Assembly (NCBI GenBank): GCA_002269645.1
Contig: NIVC01001811.1
Coordinates: 186,001 to 250,000, forward strand
Source of the DNA: Macrostomum lignano
Taxonomy: Eukaryota
Direction: 5' to 3'
Length of the DNA: 64,000 bases
Shown: piece after piece, positions 31,581-44,412 of the stretch
How the letters are laid out: each line of letters starts with the position of its first letter
How positions within the stretch are numbered: the first letter of the stretch is position 1
Notes under the pieces: generated by a model
Databases searched by the model: none
Told to the model about the DNA's origin: nothing
What the model saw: only the letters and a program-made list of their open reading frames with translations
Program-made: the position numbers and the translations under genes

Positions 31581-34072
31581 ATCACAGATGAAGCACCACG
31601 GTTAACTCAAGTGAAACGAATCTTTTTATTACATTTTAACATCCAACTACCATTAGAAATATTTCTTCGTAGTACTCAGGTAGAAGTTAATATCTCTGCT
31701 TTTCTAAAAATTATTTTAACTATAATCTGTCGTTGCACTACGACTATATTTTGTTAAACCATGCAGAGTCGATAATGCCTGCTTACACCCATTTTTCTTA
31801 TCTAATTAAATATCTGAATCCATTTATTATGATTAAAACACTAAAATATTTTTTGTATATCAGCCAGGAAAAATTAACAATCAAAAGTACTATAAGCACT
31901 TGCACTCTCCTAGCAACCTTTCTAAAACTCACAATTTTAACTTGAGCAGCATGGGATATTTTAAACAATTAATTTTACCAATAAAAAAGTTTACGATTTT
32001 GTTCAAATTAGATATGAATCTAAGCAATGAAACTGATTTTTCTAACCGTCTCTCGGTCTCGAACCAGACGCTGCTAACAGTCGACGATGAGTCCATGGCG
32101 AGCAGTGATATGACGTGACTATAATCTTGATATTATTTTAATTGCATATGCATTTTGACGCGTTTTGTTTTATCTATGGACTAAATGAAGCTGCAAAACA
32201 GGCTTGGGTTAAAAGCCCGCTGTGAGAATGTTAAATAAAGAGAAATAAGAGCAAGGCTAAGAACCTTGGAGCAGCGTAAAAGTCTGCTATGATATCAGCA
32301 CTAATAACTAACGTCTTAAGCATACTGAAGTAACCTGAAAACATAACAAGCAGGTTTTTCAGAGTATGGTCACCAGCTGAGACTTGCCCACGGTCGAGGC
32401 TTGATCATCAGCAAAACTAAAAAAATTCGCAACAGGTTGTCCATAATCAGCATAATCACCAGAAGGCGGAGTGGGCAACGAGCTGATGAAATTTTGAGGC
32501 TCGGCAGTGCTGATTCTGTTGAATACTTAAATGCTCAAGGAAAAATTCGACTTTTTGGCAAAATCGTTGAATATCTCGACAGTCCGGAAGGCTGGCGACT
32601 TGATTCTTGTTTGAGGTGTGCAACAAAAATTAGCCTGTCTTCTTGACAGTTGTGTGCGCGTTGCCGCGTTCGGGCGCATAAAAAGATGCCTGTGGAAATC
32701 ATCCCTTTTTCGACAGGCGGATTTTGGCTTGGCGTTACTTGGAATCAGATTTGCGCTCTTCTCCACTTCCCAAACCATGCTGTCCATCGACGGTCTTTTG
32801 TAAGATTCTTGTATCAAACTTTCAGTGTATTTGCAAGTAAGTTAGTAAGATTCGCGAGTCAATATTAACATTTTTCTCTTTACATTGTGATTAATGCGTA
32901 GAAAATTGACATTTAGACAGAACCACTGAAGTGTTCTGTGGACAGAAACAAGGACACAGGACACAAGGTGCTAAATCCTTGCGAACTCTGTATTGCGTCA
33001 TGTTTATATGGAAGCACCACACCTAACTATTTAATATAGGTTAAAATGTTTCCATGGATCGAGTGTCTATCAAATGGAAGATTCAAACTTGCATACAAAG
33101 TAAGTCAGGGACCGCGGTTTCTAACTCCGACTGCTTTTAGCCGGTCTTAACCGCAAGAGCAAGCTATACAGTCCTCACTTTCATACACGTAGACTTTTGA
33201 AATGATCCGCTCCAACATCCGTTTCCCGAAACTGCAGAAGCTTTACTTTGTATTCTTTTTTCGCCAGCTACTAGTTAGTAGCCGCGATCTAGCTTACATA
33301 AAGCAAGTCTTGAATCGTCGATCGATTTAAACGATAAAAATCATTGGCAATCGGTTTGATTGGGGTCCGCTGTCGCCACTAGTGAGTTGTAACGTCTCAT
33401 AATTGTATTTGTCGAATTTTCTGCAACAGAACCACAGCATGGGACTGAAAAGCATTTGAAAAATTGAATGATTTTAACAAACGACCGTGAACAATCAGTC
33501 TGTGCAAAGTTTTCCATCATAAACTTTCAGCCAAATTCCGTTAATTTTACGAGTTGCTCTGTGCTCAGAACTTCAGAGTGATGCAGTGACGGCCGCAACA
33601 CTAGCGGGATATTGTCCGACTCAAACGTTGTCACTCGTCAGTCAATCTTCTATAGGGGCTATTGTGGATTGTTTGAGTAAGCGAAAATAGCTAGAACAAA
33701 CGCTAGAAGCCGTTCATGGCTTCAACATATGCGAGAAATGCATCAGTAAAAAGTTTCTTCTTTCGCAACAAAAGCGGAAAAGCAAAAACTCTACTGGAGA
33801 TTTCTTTACTTCAAATTGTCTGCTCCTTCCTGAGCTGGTCTGAGGTTGCTGGTGAGTTTCCTGCCAGAATATGCATGGGGACTTTGATCGGCCCAGTCAA
33901 CCCCAAGTTTTTTAAAGCTACAAGGCTATTACCATCACAGAGACAACCGGATACAAGCATAATGAAAGAAGAAAATTTCTTTTTTTTGCATTCATCGCGG
34001 GATGCATAAAATGCATTAAGAAAGCTGCAGAAGTCTTCTGTGGTAGATTTGGAATTAGCGTCTCAATTAAAA

Positions 34073-35299
34073 ATGAAGCTTTTTGCATGTAAGTTTCGCT
34101 TGAGTCTTTCTGAGCTGCGAGCTCCACTTCTCTTGCTGCTCTGCCTGAGTGACATGGCCTGCTGTGTCTCGGCCACCGATGTGCTGGCATTCGAGAAGAC
34201 CCGACGCTGCCCCACCGCGGCCGCCTCTCCGCTGCCGCACCGCCTGGCCAGCAAGCTGCAGTGCGCCGCCGCCTGCTCCCGACTGCCCACCTGCAACGCA
34301 TTCCACTTCGACATCGCCACCCGCCTGTTACCATGGAGACGCGTGTTCCCAACTCGAGCAATGGACTGACGGCGACTGCGACTCTTACAAGTACACCGAT
34401 GTGCTGTGCGGAGACTGCGGTGAGCGGCTCGGTGGCTGCTGTCTTGACAGCTCTGCGTCTCTCCAATAAAATCATTTTTTTGTTTAAACTCATTATAAAT
34501 TTATCACTGCAGAGTCTTCTGAGCCGCTGGTGAAACAGCTCAAGCTGAAGCTGTTCTACAAGTTCTCTCGGAGCGGTCTGAAGAATGAGGTCAACCCGAG
34601 ACTGTCCTGTCTCAAGGCTCACGACGTGACAATTGATGCAGCAGGTGCTCACTTCAAGGGCAACAGGAGCTCCTACCTGAGCACTGAGACTCCCGGTTTT
34701 GAGAAGCTTCTGGACTCTGCTACTGAATACTCCATCTATTTTCAAGTAAAGCACATTTTTGATGCTGGGTAAGTTTAACTGTTTAAATACCCCAATGAAA
34801 GCATGGTAAAATAGTTCCAATTATTTTCTAAAAAAACATTATCATATTCTGACCATCAATTATGATCTGCAGGTGGGTTTACTACCATCGTTTCCTGCGC
34901 TGCGGGACCCAGGTGTATGCCGGAAACTCGCTTTACAAGTGGAACAATAAATTAACTTTGCAAACAACGCATTTATTAAGCAACGGTTCTGTTCTCGGTT
35001 TCTATTATTCGTCACCCTCTGCTTTGCCCACTGACGGTCTGCAGCACCAAATGTCAACAGGATTCGCTTTTGGCGGCCTCTCTAACCAGGGATTTTTCTT
35101 GAATGACTCTGTGACTGCTGCTGACCCAAGTTCATCTGGTGGCTTATATTCTCCAAGCGATTTCGGATGTCTGCATCTTGGCCAAGGTACGAGCGATTCC
35201 AACAGTCTTAGCGGCAGCATGAGCTGCTACGGAATGAGCACCAAGATGCTCAGCCTGAACGAGTTTGAGCAAATCCGGAAGCTGTGCGATTCGGACTAA
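34073..35299 (+). pseudogene. PAN/Apple-LamG family copy F, frameshifted in exon 1
   Basis: Exons 34073-34419, 34513-34768 and 34873-35299. A 2-nt deletion near 34327 (CGCCTGTTAC versus CGCCTGTGTTAC) gives a stop at 34369. Confidence 0.8.
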
Positions 35300-35459
35300 A
35301 ATGGTTTGTTACCTGGGCAAAAACGGTTTTCTGGACGTTGAATTGAACAGCTAGCAAACGCTGATGGAATTCATGAACTTTAATTTGTTCTAACGATTGC
35401 TGAGACAATGTTTTCGGAAAGAACTTCAACAAGCAGACAAATATTCACTGTTCATTATT

Positions 35460-35675
35460 TGAATATTTACTATTCACTACTCAAATATTCACTACTCAAA
35501 AATTCACTACTCAAATATTCACTACTCAAATATTCACTACTCAAATATTCACTACTCAAATATTCACTACTCAAATATTCACTACTCAAATATTCACTAC
35601 TCAAATATTCACTACTCAAATATTCACTACTCAAAAATTCACTACTCAAATATTCACCACTCAAATATTCGCTAT
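35460..35675. repeat. 15-bp minisatellite tattcactactcaaa (long allele)
   Basis: Direct reading. Confidence 0.9.
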
Positions 35676-37360
35676 TCGAGTCTGTTGTACCAATACCAAC
35701 TCTTGTAGAACCTCGTGCTTGTCCCAGCTTATAATAGCTAGATTATTCTTAAAATTGTTTTGAAATATTTTAGTGAGTAGAAGGAATGGCGCTTTACAAT
35801 TTGATATTATGTTGAGAAAATCGCAATTTTTTAACGAAATATTTCAAACTACCGTTTAAGAGTGTCACTTATTTTCATATACCGAATTATTTATTTCTCT
35901 GTTTTTCATAATTATTTGGTCAATCACTCTAAAATATACGCTCTTATATAAACAATTATTTATCCATAATAACTGAGCCAACTGAGCATCTTGAACATTT
36001 ACTAAAAACAACAAACAGAGAAAGTTATCTCTTTGTCAAGGCTCTCGTTATTTATGCAACCGTCTTTCTTATACTTCCAAGCAAAAGAGTTCATCTATGA
36101 GCGTAATTATAACAATGTACACAAGTCTGGCGTAACTCTGTATTGCGTAATTTTCCTACGCAAGCAATCTCACGTGACTATCTAATGTAAGTTACAATGT
36201 TTTCATGGAGTACGTCTCTCGGGTTTTAATGGAAGACTACCTAGGTAAGGCCGTCCCTCGATATCATATATTTTTTATCGGCAAATACACGCATTTTTCA
36301 ATACAAGTATTTTTCTCCCATTCAATTGTTTATATCTCGGAGCGCCTATCTGACTAGCTATAAACAATAACTTTAAACTGTAAACGATCTACATATTTTG
36401 CTAAGCGGATCATGGCTTAATTATAATAATACTGGTTATACGCGTTTTTTTCTGGAGCCTTTGAGTTGGTGTTCTCACTTTCTTAAGATAGATGTCTAGC
36501 GGTCTAAGGTTCGTAAAGCTCTAATTTCTCTCATCAGGCCGTCAGAGAAAACCGTATAAACTGACGGGATCTCCTAGTATCTAAGCTGAGTTTGACTCTT
36601 TCTCGGATTTGCTCTGCGTGACAATTAAGACAAATAACTGTATTGAAGACTTAGATTTGTGCCAACTGGATAATCCAGAGGCCAATTCAAAGGGAGCAAT
36701 TCGAGATCGAAAACTGCGCAAGAAAAACGAAGCGCCGCTCTAGTTTGAGATGAGCGTCTATTTATACCAATTAGCATTTTTGACCTCCCCGCCGCCGGTG
36801 GGGTGTCTTCGCGTGGATAGCAACGGCGGGGGTTTTAAGTAATAAAAATCTGGGACTCAGTCCCCTAGTTGTACATGAATTCAGTTAGTTCTAGTAGGTT
36901 GCTAAGTGTGAGGGTTAGAGATTACTCGGGGTTTCGCAAATCTATGTGTTGAGTTAGATAAAATTTGGGATAGAAAGATTATAGAAAAAGAGCTTAATTT
37001 TCCGTCTCTTAACTCTGTCCATGAATGATTAAACAGTCCTCTGTTTCTCTCGGTTGTCAGGCAGCTTGGGGTTGATCTCGCCTTCTTGGGCAGCTTCGGG
37101 TTGAATAGGAGTCTGTAGGTGGGCCTCACGTTTTCTCCCTCAGGGTGCGCCAGAAGATGCCGCGTGCCGCGTTGTTCTCTAAGCTGGCCGCTGCTCAGTT
37201 TGCTTTTCCCAGCCGGTTTAGTCGCCATTGTGCCTGCGGCGGGGTGTCGCTACTGACTGGAATGAAAAGGGGCTTTATTAGATTCGGCTATTCAAATTGA
37301 CTTGACAGTTGAATAATTATCTTAAAGCTGCTTCTGTTCGCCTATCTAATAGCTTTCCAG

Positions 37361-37761
37361 GGGTTCCATTGTGCTCTTTTGCCTCGCCCTTCGAGGTTTC
37401 GGGGCTTGGAAAACCGAATCATCGATTACTGGACTAATCGGCCACTCGGCCGCAGTTTTGCCTACCGATGGGAGGCGAGCGACCATCACAGCTGGATATG
37501 CTTTAACGTGTTGCACCATCGCACTTTTATTCAAAAGGCTCAACTGCATTTGTGGACCATGTTCAAGCGATGACATCAGGAAATGATTTGTCCATGTACT
37601 CTCGTTTCTTCGAATGTCTAACTCTGGGCAAGGCTGGATCTGGTAGCCAGAACCTCAACGGCACGATGCACTGCTTCGGGTTCAGCGATAAAGCGCTGAA
37701 CCTGAGCGAGTTTCAGCATCTGGATCAGCTCTGCACTGACTACTGGCTCAGCAGTAGCTAA
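37361..37761 (+). pseudogene. Second orphan LamG terminal exon (duplicate of 31180-31580)
   Basis: Near-identical to the first orphan and carries the same two indels. Confidence 0.7.
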
Positions 37762-38994
37762 ATCACAGATGAAGCACCACGGTTAACTCAAGTGAAACGA
37801 ATCTTTTTATTACATTTTAACATCCAACTACCATTAGAAATATTTCTTCGTAGTACTCAGGTAGAAGTTAATATCTCTGCTTTTCTAAAAATTATTTTAA
37901 CTATAATCTGTCGTTGCACTACGACTATATTTTGTTAAACCATGCAGAGTCGATAATGCCTGCTTACACCCATTTTTCTTATCTAATTAAATATCTGAAT
38001 CCATTTATTATGATTAAAACACTAAAATATTTTTTGTATATCAGCCAGGAAAAATTAACAATCAAAAGTACTATAAGCACTTGCACTCTCCTAGCAACCT
38101 TTCTAAAACTCACAATTTTAACTTGAGCAGCATGGGATATTTTAAACAATTAATTTTACCAATAAAAAAGTTTACGATTTTGTTCAAATTAGATATGAAT
38201 CTAAGCAATGAAACTGATTTTTCTAACCGTCTCTCGGTCTCGAACCAGACGCTGCTGACGGTCGACGATAAGTCCATGGTGAGCAAGATTTTCAGAGGAT
38301 GACCACCAGTTGAGGTTTGCCCACTGTGGAGGCTTGATCAACGAAACTATAGAGAAACTCGCAACAGGTTGTCCATAGTCACCTGGTGCCGCACCTGTTA
38401 AAGGTCCAGAAGCTCTACCTGGTTGAGGGCCAGTGACCAATAAAGTCAGAGCTGATGCAGGCTGCACATTCGGTTGACATGATGATGAAGTTAGGAGGCT
38501 GGGGACTTGATTCTTGGTTGAGCAACAAGTTTGCGCATCAAAGAGTAGCACGCGTCTTCTTAAATTTCGTGCGCTTGCGATACTCTGTTCCGACGCAGAC
38601 AAAAAATTGTCAGGGTGAATCTCTCCTCCCCCTTAATTGCCGGTAAAAATCTCTAGTCTAAAGCACAGGCTCAGGTTTCGTTTCTTGTTCAAGACTCACT
38701 TCATGGTACATGTAAGAATCAATCAATGTCAAAGTCACACTGAATACATGAATGCACATTAAAACTCAGTCAAGCACGTGACAAAAACAATTCAGACGAA
38801 TAGCTGGTGCGCTCAGTTAATCTTAAACGAAGCCTTTGAGATTCTCTTGGCTGACTGGACAACCAATAAAAGCAGGGCCAGCTAAATAAATAATTGCTAA
38901 ATTCAAATCGATACAACTTATCTTGACTAAACTTATAAACCGCATGGTTAATACTTTGGACTGGCACAAACTGAGCAGGAAGCCACAGACTCAA

Positions 38995-40147
38995 ATGAGA
39001 GTGCTCTGCCTCCTGCTGCTCAGCTGCCTGCTGGCGGTGACTTCAAGCGCCGAGGTGCTGCCGAAATTCGCAGCGACAAAGACCCGACGCTGCCCCACCG
39101 CGGCCGCCTCTCCGCTGCCGCACCGTCTGGCCAGCAAGCTGCAGTGCGCCGCCGCCTGCTCCCGACTGCCCACCTGCAACGCATTCCACTTCGACATCGC
39201 CACCCGCCTGTGTTACCATGGAGACGCGTGTTCCCAAATCGAGCAATGGACTGACGGCGACTGCGACTCTTACAAGTACACCGATGTGCTGTGCAGAGAC
39301 TGCGGTAAGCGGCTCAGTGGCTGCTGTCTTGACAGCTCTGCGTCTCTCCAATGAAATCATTTACTTTGTTTAAATTGATTATGCATTTATCACTGCAGAG
39401 TCTTCTGAGCCGCTGGTGAAACAGCTCAAGCTGAAGCTGTTCTACAAGTTCTCTCGGAGCGGTCTGAAGAATGAGGTCAACCCGAGACTGTCCTGTCTCA
39501 AGGTTCACGATGTGACTATTGATGCAGCTGGTGCCCACTTTGCTGGTGAAACAAGCTCCTACCTGAGCACCGAGACTCCCGGGTTCTGGAACTTTTTATC
39601 GATGAACCGAGAATTCTCAGCGTTTACTAGAGTCAGACACCCTTTTGGCATTGGGTACCACATTTTTTTCAAAATAATTTTTTCAATGTCAAAGTCGTCT
39701 GTAACTCTGTAACTCGACACTTATCATTATTTCAGCTATCAGTTCTACCACAGATTCCAGCAGTGCAACGGAAACACGGGAAACACTTTTGCTAAAAACA
39801 ACGACTACATCTACAACGGAGCTGTACTCAGCAACAATGCTGTGCTGTTCTCATTGTCGCCATCATTTCTACCCTCCGGTGGCATGCAAAAAGAGATTTC
39901 AGTTGGTTTCACATTCAACAGAACTGCACATCAGCAATTCTTCTTCAACGGCTCCATCGCTCCGGTTTTCTACGCCTACTCAGAGGCGAACTCTTATTCG
40001 ACAAGTCTGTTCGAGTGCCTTCGCCTGGGCCAATCGCTGGTTGATGCCAACTGTCTCAACGGTGTCATGGTATGCTACGGATTCAGCGCAAAAGTACTGA
40101 GTGCCAGCGAGTTTGAGCAGCTCCAGCAGCTCTGCGACTCCGATTGA
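38995..40147 (+). CDS. PAN/Apple-LamG family copy G, 325 aa
   Basis: Exons 38995-39304, 39399-39654 (weak GTACCA donor, but the same 256-nt length as most paralogs) and 39736-40147. Confidence 0.8.
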
Positions 40148-43100
40148 ACAGTTGGAAAGCGAATTTTGCTAACGGAAATTAAATAGAAAGTCTGGAAACT
40201 GCGTGTAAAACTGACACTAACGTGTCGCGTTATTGAGAGAAAACAATTTAATTAAACCGCGGGTAATGCTGAGAAACAATGGCACGACAAAAACTGATTG
40301 TCGAATTCGTGACAAAAATTCAAATCTGACTTGGGAGAAATTTCTGAGAAAAGCACGATTCTTGTTAAAATAAAGTTTTATTAAACATCTTCTTAAGCTT
40401 TGATACTCAGCAGTTGAGGCTTGATTAGGGACATCAGAGACTTCCGGGAGGGGGGTTAGCCTTCATAAGCTCGAAAACGACCTCCTCCAGACGGAATCGA
40501 ACCCTCGGGGTCGTGGCGCAACTAGAAATGTGTTCACTAAAGACAATCTTTTTAAACAAATACATGTACTTTCCTGATGGAATTACATTGGAGATATAAT
40601 GGATGATACTGCACCCATTGTGACTGCATGAACCCATATGGATCAGCGTGGCACCATCTATATTGGCTACCAGAAAAAGTTTTGCAGACGCTACCCTTGG
40701 TGCTGTGGGCACGAAGGATATTAATATCCTGATTCAAAAGTACATTTATAAAGACAAAACTACATATTTTATGGCTATTACGAGCTAGAGTAAGCTAAAG
40801 CAGTTTAGTCAAAATGACTTTCGCAGCAGGAAAGTCAGTTGACCAACTATTAAAACTACCAGATGGGCGAAGTCTGCAACCGTCGCGGCATCATTGTAGT
40901 CTGGGCAGTAGGGACATTCAAACGAGCCGCACACCTTGCAGATGTCGGCGCTATGAAGCGAATGCGCTCTGTAGTACCTACAAAGTTCCCGTTGTCTGAA
41001 ACAATATTTAAGCGATAGAATTCTTAAAATGGCAAACACAAAACAAAAAATTTGGACGCTGTTCGGGGTAGCTTTTAACGCTTAGAATGAGTCGAATGGT
41101 TGAAATGACGCTTAATTAATAAAACAAATAAATTGTAAACAAATAAAAAATAATATTAATTTACAGTTGTTGTTAAAATTTTCATGCAAAAAACTTAATG
41201 AGAATATTTTTGTTTGGATTGGTGATTAAAAACTCTATGCCGGTCTAACTATAAGCTACTCAGAATACGCGCCCTATGCGTAGGCACAAAAGCATGCATG
41301 CTACCATTTCGAAATAGTCGTAGACTTGACAGTACTGTTCCACCGTGGCGTTTGCGACCGGATGCCATCTCGGATAGTTCAACGTAATGCAGGTTTTCTC
41401 CGTTGATGTAAACTGGAATCGGATGATATTAGAATATTAATTGTCGTTGTGAAATAGCCTATTGAACCTTTAGATGCTACTAACATAATGGACCACTAAA
41501 GTCTCGTAGAAAGAAAGCTACAATAGAAAATAGTGTGATAGTTAACCTCTAAGCACCCAAAGCACACTGAATTATTCTCAAAATTAGTCAGCATAAGACG
41601 AAAAAGTTGGTACGTGGTGAAAATCACGCAATTTACGAGTCCCTCCAAGAATTACTCCTACTCTGACGCTCACATTAGTAAAAAACATGCTGACAGTCTG
41701 GCCGCTTTCCCAAATGTGCCGCAGGCCTCTAATTCGGAGTTCTGCACAAGATTGCGCAGGTCGTAGTTGGTCAGCTTGTAGCCGCTGGGCAGGGCGTAGG
41801 ACAAGATGGCCATGCCGCTGGTCTCCGATTCTGCAGTCCAGGTCCATCTGGCAGTAAAAGTTTATCCAGGATTTCCGGCCAATGTTTAATAAACAGTCAT
41901 ATATAATAATAACAGACAATATTGAAAGTGTGACTAGTCTGGCATTGATGCTTTGTAATTTTTAATAAGGTTTTCAATTACAATGTCTGTACTTTCTCTA
42001 TTTGTCGAGAAAGTGACGTCACTCACCGAGCACAAGTTGTCATAGTGAATATGCTGGCATTCCGACCAGAGTAGGAGGGCAGGCAGGTCAAATCGAAGGT
42101 CTGCAAAGAGCCCTGCGGATGAATTGGATCCGCAGCGTTCTTGATCTGAAAGTCGTGCTCGGCACTCTTTTTAGTAAATAGTTGCAGCACCGCGCACCCG
42201 CTGCCGGACGCTCGCACGGTGACCTCGCCCCAGGTGTCGTCATTATCCAAGTTAAACACTCGCGGCAGGGTCAGGTTTTCACTGTCGAGTACGAATGTTT
42301 CAGCTTTAGCAATATTCGAGCTCGGCACAATGTCGATTTGCAGCTTATAGACGGGACGGTTTAAATCCAGCGTGGCCATTTCGCGCAGCGCCTTCACTGC
42401 AAACACAGTGTCCTGCGTGGAGACCCAGCCGTTAGTCATGTTCTTAGTCTCTGTGATAAAGTTCAGCATCTCTGTTAGGTTAGCCTGAAGCTCTTGATCA
42501 GCATTCGGGATCGCGTCCTGATCAGAGCCATCAGGGCGAATGAGGTGCCTGGACAGCTGTGCCATCGTTGGGCCACTCAATCCTCGGCTTGATCACGATT
42601 TTTCCCGCTGAGTCAGGCTCTCGAATCAGAGGTCTCACGATGCTATTAGCCCAATAAAGATAATTGTCAGCTCGCACTGTGCTCATCAGCATCTCTCGAG
42701 CGATGAATTTTGACTGCAAAGTATCGTCGTCAAAGGTGAGGGCGTACGCCGTCATGGCCAGGCAGAGGGCGTAGCGGTTCATTATGGATAGGTGACGGCG
42801 CAGATAGTCGATGGCGGCATTGCTGACCTCCTCCGGCCAACTGGCTAAGCGGCTTGGGAGTATTCGGATGCTTTTTTGCCAGCACAGCTAGTGCGGTGAT
42901 GGGCGTTCGCTCCAAGTAGATCTTCGTATCGTTGCTGAACAGTTTCTCAGTCATGTAGGGGCACATGTGCTTGATGTCCCACTTCGTCTTGTCATTGAAC
43001 GATCCATATAGATCGCCAGTTCTAACCTGGGTTGCGTTTAAATACACCAAATACCGCTGAAACACATCGAAACTGATGAACACCGTTTGGTCCCACTCGG

Positions 43101-44169
43101 AGAAGGCCGTCTCAGCCAAGGTGAACAGTCCGAATGCGGTCAGGAACGCGCTGGTCTCGCCCAAGAATCTCTCTGGAAAGTTGGAGACTCCGCCGCTGAC
43201 TGGATCCATGTAGAAGGACAGTCGGGTGTACTGCGTGTTGATGTATTTCAGCGAAGCGGCTAACGTCGCCGGTTCCAACTGCTTTGTCATTCGCAAGTAG
43301 TGCAGCATCTGCACATTCCTGTTGATGTTGAAGAGGACGCTCTCGGCCGAGCCGACGGGCTTCCACGCCGAGCAGGAGGCGTCGCAAAATGGCTCGGCAG
43401 GGCCAAGTGTCGGCCCGACGATGTCGCCCGCCACCGTCAGCACCGCGGCCTTGGAGCGGGGCACGAACCGACGCCAGCGCTGATCCGGCTCGACAAACGA
43501 CTGCTCGGGGATGAGGTAGAGATTCTGTGCCATCAGCTCCGAGTTGTCAACCAGATCGAGCAGGATCGGCGTGCTGTACGAGTTAGAGATGCCGTTGATC
43601 TGAAACAAAAGTTGTTCATTGGATAAGGGAGCGTTAGAAATATGTTTATTGCACCTTTTAAACTGTGCCCTTCCTGTGTTATGTTTGGTACAAAAAGATA
43701 GAATAATAGCGCCAAGTCAATTAGAGAAGTCAACAGTGAGATGCTACTTTCACAGTCTTCCCCGTTGAACACATTTGAAAGACCGACTTTGCAATCAGAC
43801 GCTCTCTCTTTCTCCTGCAGTAGCCAGATTGTAAGCAACTCAGCTTTGTACACAATCTGGCCTGTTGCGGCTCTCAGATAGACCATAGTGTGAATGGTGG
43901 CGTTGGATTTTAGTGCGGGACTGTAACTGTTCACCTGGCCTTTCCAGCCAACGGATACAAAATCGCAGTCAGTATTTTGCTTCATCTCGACTAGAACCTG
44001 AAATTTAGTCGTTTTATTATGCGCTCTACATAATCAAGCTACAAATATAGGTGTTCTTTCTGCTTCAGCTGCCATGACCTGTACAACCATGTAATCTACG
44101 CGACTAAGAAGTCGCTAGAAGTCGCTAAACGGCTTATGCAAACAGTATGTTATTCAATAATAAATAATA

Positions 44170-44412
44170 ACAATTGATTACATCTGCCTCAATGGCGCAT
44201 CTGAAGGCTGCATACGGCTGTTCAGTCCAAGGACTGGGTCGCCACACACCCTCAATTACCCCAGCTAATGCCTGGTACCCATTTACAGCTGGGTGAACTG
44301 AAGCAATGCAAAGTTAAGTGTCTTGCTTAAGGACACAAATTGTTCAGAGTAAGATCGGGAATCGAACCCCAGACCTTTAAATCGAGAGTCCAACGCTCTG
44401 ACCACTAGGCTA
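44170..44412 (-). mobile_element. tRNA-derived SINE with CORE-like domain (family 2)
   Basis: The minus strand reads TAGCCTAGTGG...GGTTCGATTCC then GTGTCCTTAAGCAAGACACTTAAC...CTTCAGTTCACCCAGCTGTAAATGGG, resembling the MIR CORE consensus. Second copy at ~63010-63262. Confidence 0.7.

Larger units (their letters stand above)
28150..38280 (+). repeat. Tandem segmental duplication, ~28150-32110 versus ~34200-38280
   Basis: Matching ORF pairs offset by 6045 bp (29363/35408) and 6181 bp (30721/36902, 31165/37346, 31733/37914). Confidence 0.9.

Noticed and set aside
33918-34820. 300-aa minus-strand ORF
   Set aside because: Antisense to copy F; it is open only because of the local indel.
38201-38602. 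133-aa minus-strand ORF with a degenerate echo near 32050-32460
   Set aside because: The paralogous copy has stops and no domain is recognisable; treated as old duplicated sequence.
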